Assembly: GCF_000143415.4 (NCBI RefSeq)
Contig: NW_003314266.1
Location: 1,510,463-1,574,462, forward strand
Source of the DNA: Selaginella moellendorffii
Lineage: Eukaryota > Plantae > Lycopodiophyta
Reading direction: 5' to 3'
DNA: 64,000 nucleotides
A program made the position numbers and the translations under genes. Below are positions 60,671-64,000 of the stretch, one piece after another; the first letter of the stretch is position 1; the number at the start of each line of letters is the position of its first letter. The notes below the pieces were generated by a model. That model searched no databases. It was not told the DNA's origin and was given only the letters and a program-made list of their open reading frames with translations.

Positions 60671-61180
60671 GGACTGCACCATCTCAACACCAGTGTCCAC
60701 CCTCAATCAAGTAAACCAAGAAAAGTAAACCAAGAATCAATTCATCTCGGCCCTCTTGTACATGACTATATGCCCCTGCTTTGCTGCTCGGCCTTGTAGT
60801 TGCAAACATCCTCAGCCTTAGGACTAAGATGGAAGAAAAAAAGAACATCAAAGCTGAGCAAACAAGCTCACTCCACTCCATAGTTTGAAGAAGAAAACTC
60901 ATCTTTCTTGATGCGAGCTTACTCTCCCTTGGCGCTCAGTCACCTCCCACCTCAAATGCTGGACTCTGCCATCTGAGCACCAATGTCCACCCTCAAGAAA
61001 GTAAACCAAGAATCGATTCACTATATGCCCCTGCCCTGCTACTTGGCCTTGTAGTTGCAAACGTCCTTGGCCTTAAGACTACGATGGAAGAAAAAAAAAC
61101 ATCAATCTAAAGCTATGCGAGAAAAAACTCACTCCACCCCATAGTTAGAGAAGAAAACTCACCTTTCTTGCTGTGAGCTT
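60671..61180. repeat. Diverged ~220-250 bp direct repeat pair (60671-60920; 60961-61180)
   Basis: Shared tgtccaccctcaa, aagtaaaccaagaatc, ctatatgcccctgc, ggccttgtagttgcaaac, gatggaagaaaaaaa, gaagaaaactca. Confidence 0.85.
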
Positions 61181-61250
61181 GGTTGTTGTTCGCTTCCAAA
61201 CAACTTACTTGCAGGTTGCTTGCTTTGCAGTCCCAACACTTCCTTTCTAG

Positions 61251-61992
61251 CATAGTTGCAGCTAGATGTGCAAACGTTCCAACGTGTCGAAGTTTAAATG
61301 CCGTTTAAAACGTTTTTTTCAGGACAATCCAACGTTTACATGTTAAAGCCTAAAATGATTAAGAAAACATTAATATTTACTAAAGACTGATATTAAGTTT
61401 ATAAAACCTAACCACTAAAACAAATGAAAGAAGAAGCCGTTTTAGTCGTCTTCCAATTCCGAATCGTCCAGTGCCTCAGCCGAAGCAATATCAAAAAATG
61501 TCACCAAATTTCTATCCAAGGATCTACGTTTTGCTGCTCTGCTTGTCCCAGCACTGGACCAGTTCTCCGTGCTTGCGACCATAGATTCTACTAGCCCCCC
61601 TGACTGTGCGGCTTGCTTGCTGCAGCAGATGCCCATCATCAGCATCTGCTGGGTCTGCTAGCTCGGAATTGGAAAAACTGCTGCGAGCTTGTTTAAGAAC
61701 CTCATAAGGGATTTCCCTCATTGCCTTACATGTTTTCACACCTCTTGCCCGAACTCCAGCGAGATGTGCTCACACTCGGTTTGCTCCCCCAGTGTGAATC
61801 TCATGACAATACTTACATGTCCAGTGCTGCTCTACTCGTATCACATGCTTTCAGCTCTGGCATTCGTGGCATCCTCCAATTCCTGACCATGTCTCTTTTC
61901 ACAAATAGTCCAAACGGGAGTTTAGAATGGTGTTTTTGAACGCATTTAAAACATTACGTTTTTTAAGTTTCACACGTTTTCCAGCAACTATG
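61251..61992 (-). mobile_element. Non-autonomous hAT transposon derivative (742 bp)
   Basis: TIRs CATAGTTGC...GCAACTATG; 8-bp TSD CTTTCTAG (61243-61250) / CTTTCCAG (61993-62000); subterminal AACGT repeats; hAT dimerization-domain-like remnant STENWSSAG...KRRSL. Confidence 0.8.
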
Positions 61993-63331
61993 CTTTCCAG
62001 GCTGCCCCTCCTAGTTTTCCTTGCTCAATGCAACACACTCAAATACCAAGGTAGCTTTAAATTAAGGATGTATTACAATGGCAAATCTTCAAAAGATCGC
62101 ATTCCTTCTGTTTAAGTACAATTAAAAATCCACACCTGGAAACAAAAAATACATCTAAATGAAAGTGTCACTTTGCAAGAAAGAAGTTCTCTTGAATCAT
62201 AGAAGTGTTGTTAGAAGAAAACAAATCCGTTGCCATGGAGCTGCCGGCAGCAGCCTCACTTTGGTGCTGGCAACATCACGTTCACCTACAACATGAAGTT
62301 GAATTGATAATTGTCACATGGTTGGTACCAAGCACCATCAAGATACCTATCCTAGAATAGAAGCAGCATCCTGTCAGTATCCTATCAAGGGCCTGTAGAG
62401 TAACATCTAGATTATCCACAAACTTGTTCTTCCTTTTCCAATCCCTTCGAGCCAAGCAAGCCAAGCCGAGAACTGGATCATGTTGGGGGGATAGCATGCC
62501 TGATCATGGAACGCTCTCTCTTGCCACCTCTAGAAATCAACATTACTGGAGGAGAATCCATCACCATTCCATGATGGGTCTGTCAATACGTCAGCACGCT
62601 CTTCACCCAAGGGGCCAAAAGGGAGAAGCCTTGGATTGAACATACCATCACCGCCAAGCCCCAGCATTGCAAGGAGCGCCCCTTTGTCGCTCATCCAGCC
62701 CTCCATTACAGGAACTACAGGAACATCGTTCTCACAATAGACCCTGCACGAAGGAAACAACACGATTAAGAAAAGAAATAAAGTAGTTGTACACTGGCTG
62801 AGACAGAAAAAGCTTTGGATCAAGGAGAAAAAGTTCTTCGATGAGAGGAGAAGACTAGCATGCCCCAGTCTTACCTGCCCATGCACGTCTAATTCACTAT
62901 AAAGTGTGTTAAGGCTGCTGTGCGAGATTAGTGTAAAGTTAGTGACAGAGCAAAGAGCGGTGTTGAGGCTAAATTTGTACCTAGCATCGCCGGCTCACTC
63001 CCGCCTGCCCATGGTCCAAAACCACCCGGCTGGCCTAAGGCTGGCCCGCCGGGTATAATGTCACAGCTCGATTGAAAAAAAATAGTACCGCCTTTGCGAG
63101 TTTAAATAATCTTAAGCTTCTTAGTTAAGCCTTAAAAACAATTCACAAGCTGACTTTTTATTTTAACAATCTTTAGTACAACTCGAAAGTAATACTGATT
63201 TATTGCGATGAGAAAATTAGACACATGCTAATGATGCTATGCTTTGCAGAAGAGAACTTATTGGATTTGTGGCAATTTTATGCTGTGAAAATGCATGGAA
63301 AACCACTTCATAAAGTGAGTTTTCCAAGCTA

Positions 63332-63919
63332 CTAATATGGCTTCTGTCCAACCCAGTTACCAGGTGGATCATAGTTACAACTCACAAGCAGCGCATTTCC
63401 TGGACATGTGATAGAAGCACACCCCACTCTCTGGGTGTTCCTCCAGACAACTTGGGTGTAATGCCCACAAACCTTACCAGCGGCACAGCTATTCGTTGCA
63501 TACGTATAGTCTGTCCTCTCGCTCACCCATGACTTCACGGCTTCCGCAGGATTTGGTGGTGGCAATCCAGGACTTCCCTGCCATTTGTATAAATTTTCTC
63601 CATATGCTCTGTTACCGGAGTGAACCAGGCCGCAATTTTTCGTGTCTCTCAGGCTTGTGATCCATTGCGTTGCAAATGCCGCGGCGTCAGTGCTCCAGGA
63701 GAGAGGAGGGATTCTTGGAGATGTCGAAACGGAAGCTCTGGCGGAGTTGTGAGCGTCGAGGAAATCACTCTGGGTGCTTGCAAGGATTGAGTAGAAGTCA
63801 CTTTGGGTGTTTGCAAGGATTGAGAGGATATCACTCTGGGTGCTTGCGAGGATTGAGAGGGTGCCATAGATCAACAGGGCAAGGAAACTAGAGAGGAAGA
63901 ACTTACTAGAGATGAACAT
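63332..63919 (-). CDS. PR1: Second PR-1 gene, inverted paralogue of 59116-59712
   Basis: MFISSKFFLSSFLALLIYG...AHNSAR...YGENL...CGHYTQVVW...CNYDPPGNWVGQKPY; TATA context (cttgctataaaact) shared with copy 1. Confidence 0.95.
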   Translation of the reverse strand: MFISSKFFLSSFLALLIYGTLSILASTQSDILSILANTQSDFYSILASTQSDFLDAHNSARASVSTSPRIPPLSWSTDAAAFATQWITSLRDTKNCGLVHSGNRAYGENLYKWQGSPGLPPPNPAEAVKSWVSERTDYTYATNSCAAGKVCGHYTQVVWRNTQRVGCASITCPGNALLVSCNYDPPGNWVGQKPY

Positions 63920-64000
63920 GGCTAAGCTATAATCTAAGTACATGAAGTTTTATAGCAAGAACAAGTTCGATTGAAATGGTCTCGAGCAACGCAACATGAC

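Noticed and set aside
60544-60688. Complete 145-bp LTR (TG...CA)
   Set aside because: The putative outer end overlaps the neighbouring direct repeat and no second LTR was found, so only the PBS is reported.
62282-62886. Possible exon fragments on the minus strand
   Set aside because: Interrupted by stops and not assignable without a search.

Overview
Eukaryotic nuclear DNA from a compact land-plant genome, most consistent with a lycophyte such as Selaginella. This is an inference from very short introns (~48-90 nt), tiny intergenic gaps, PPR genes with long runs of 31-aa SS motifs, a ciliary NME7 gene and TTTAGGG telo-boxes. About 24 protein-coding genes can be reconstructed by eye: an orphan HAD/NIF phosphatase, STR11 rhodanese, a small membrane protein, mitochondrial L17, tetraspanin, spinster MFS, Mit_KHE1, NME7, two PLS-E PPRs, RING-H2, LRRC57-like, X8, a miniature 8-Cys secreted peptide, a split-barrel GluTRBP-like protein, plastid S13, peroxisomal SDRA, an LRR-malectin RLK, an AYR1-like SDR, DRP2 dynamin, VCCN bestrophin, DA2/GW2 and two inverted PR-1 genes. 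There are also two tRNA-Asn genes plus a fragment, three pseudogenes, a decayed Ty3/gypsy nest, a small hAT element with TIRs and TSD, and very AT-rich blocks. No single clear-cut novel system is evident. The best leads are a decayed inverted copy of a PPR 3' end facing its parent (possible hairpin/small-RNA source), the intronless orphan HAD phosphatase, PR-1 genes with tandem 11-aa propeptide repeats plus a CAPE tail, a 51-aa minimal 8-Cys peptide, a nearly intronless LRR-malectin RLK whose only intron is in-frame inside the APE motif, and a ~133-bp tandem exon+intron array. All exon boundaries and family assignments were made by eye, without database searches.
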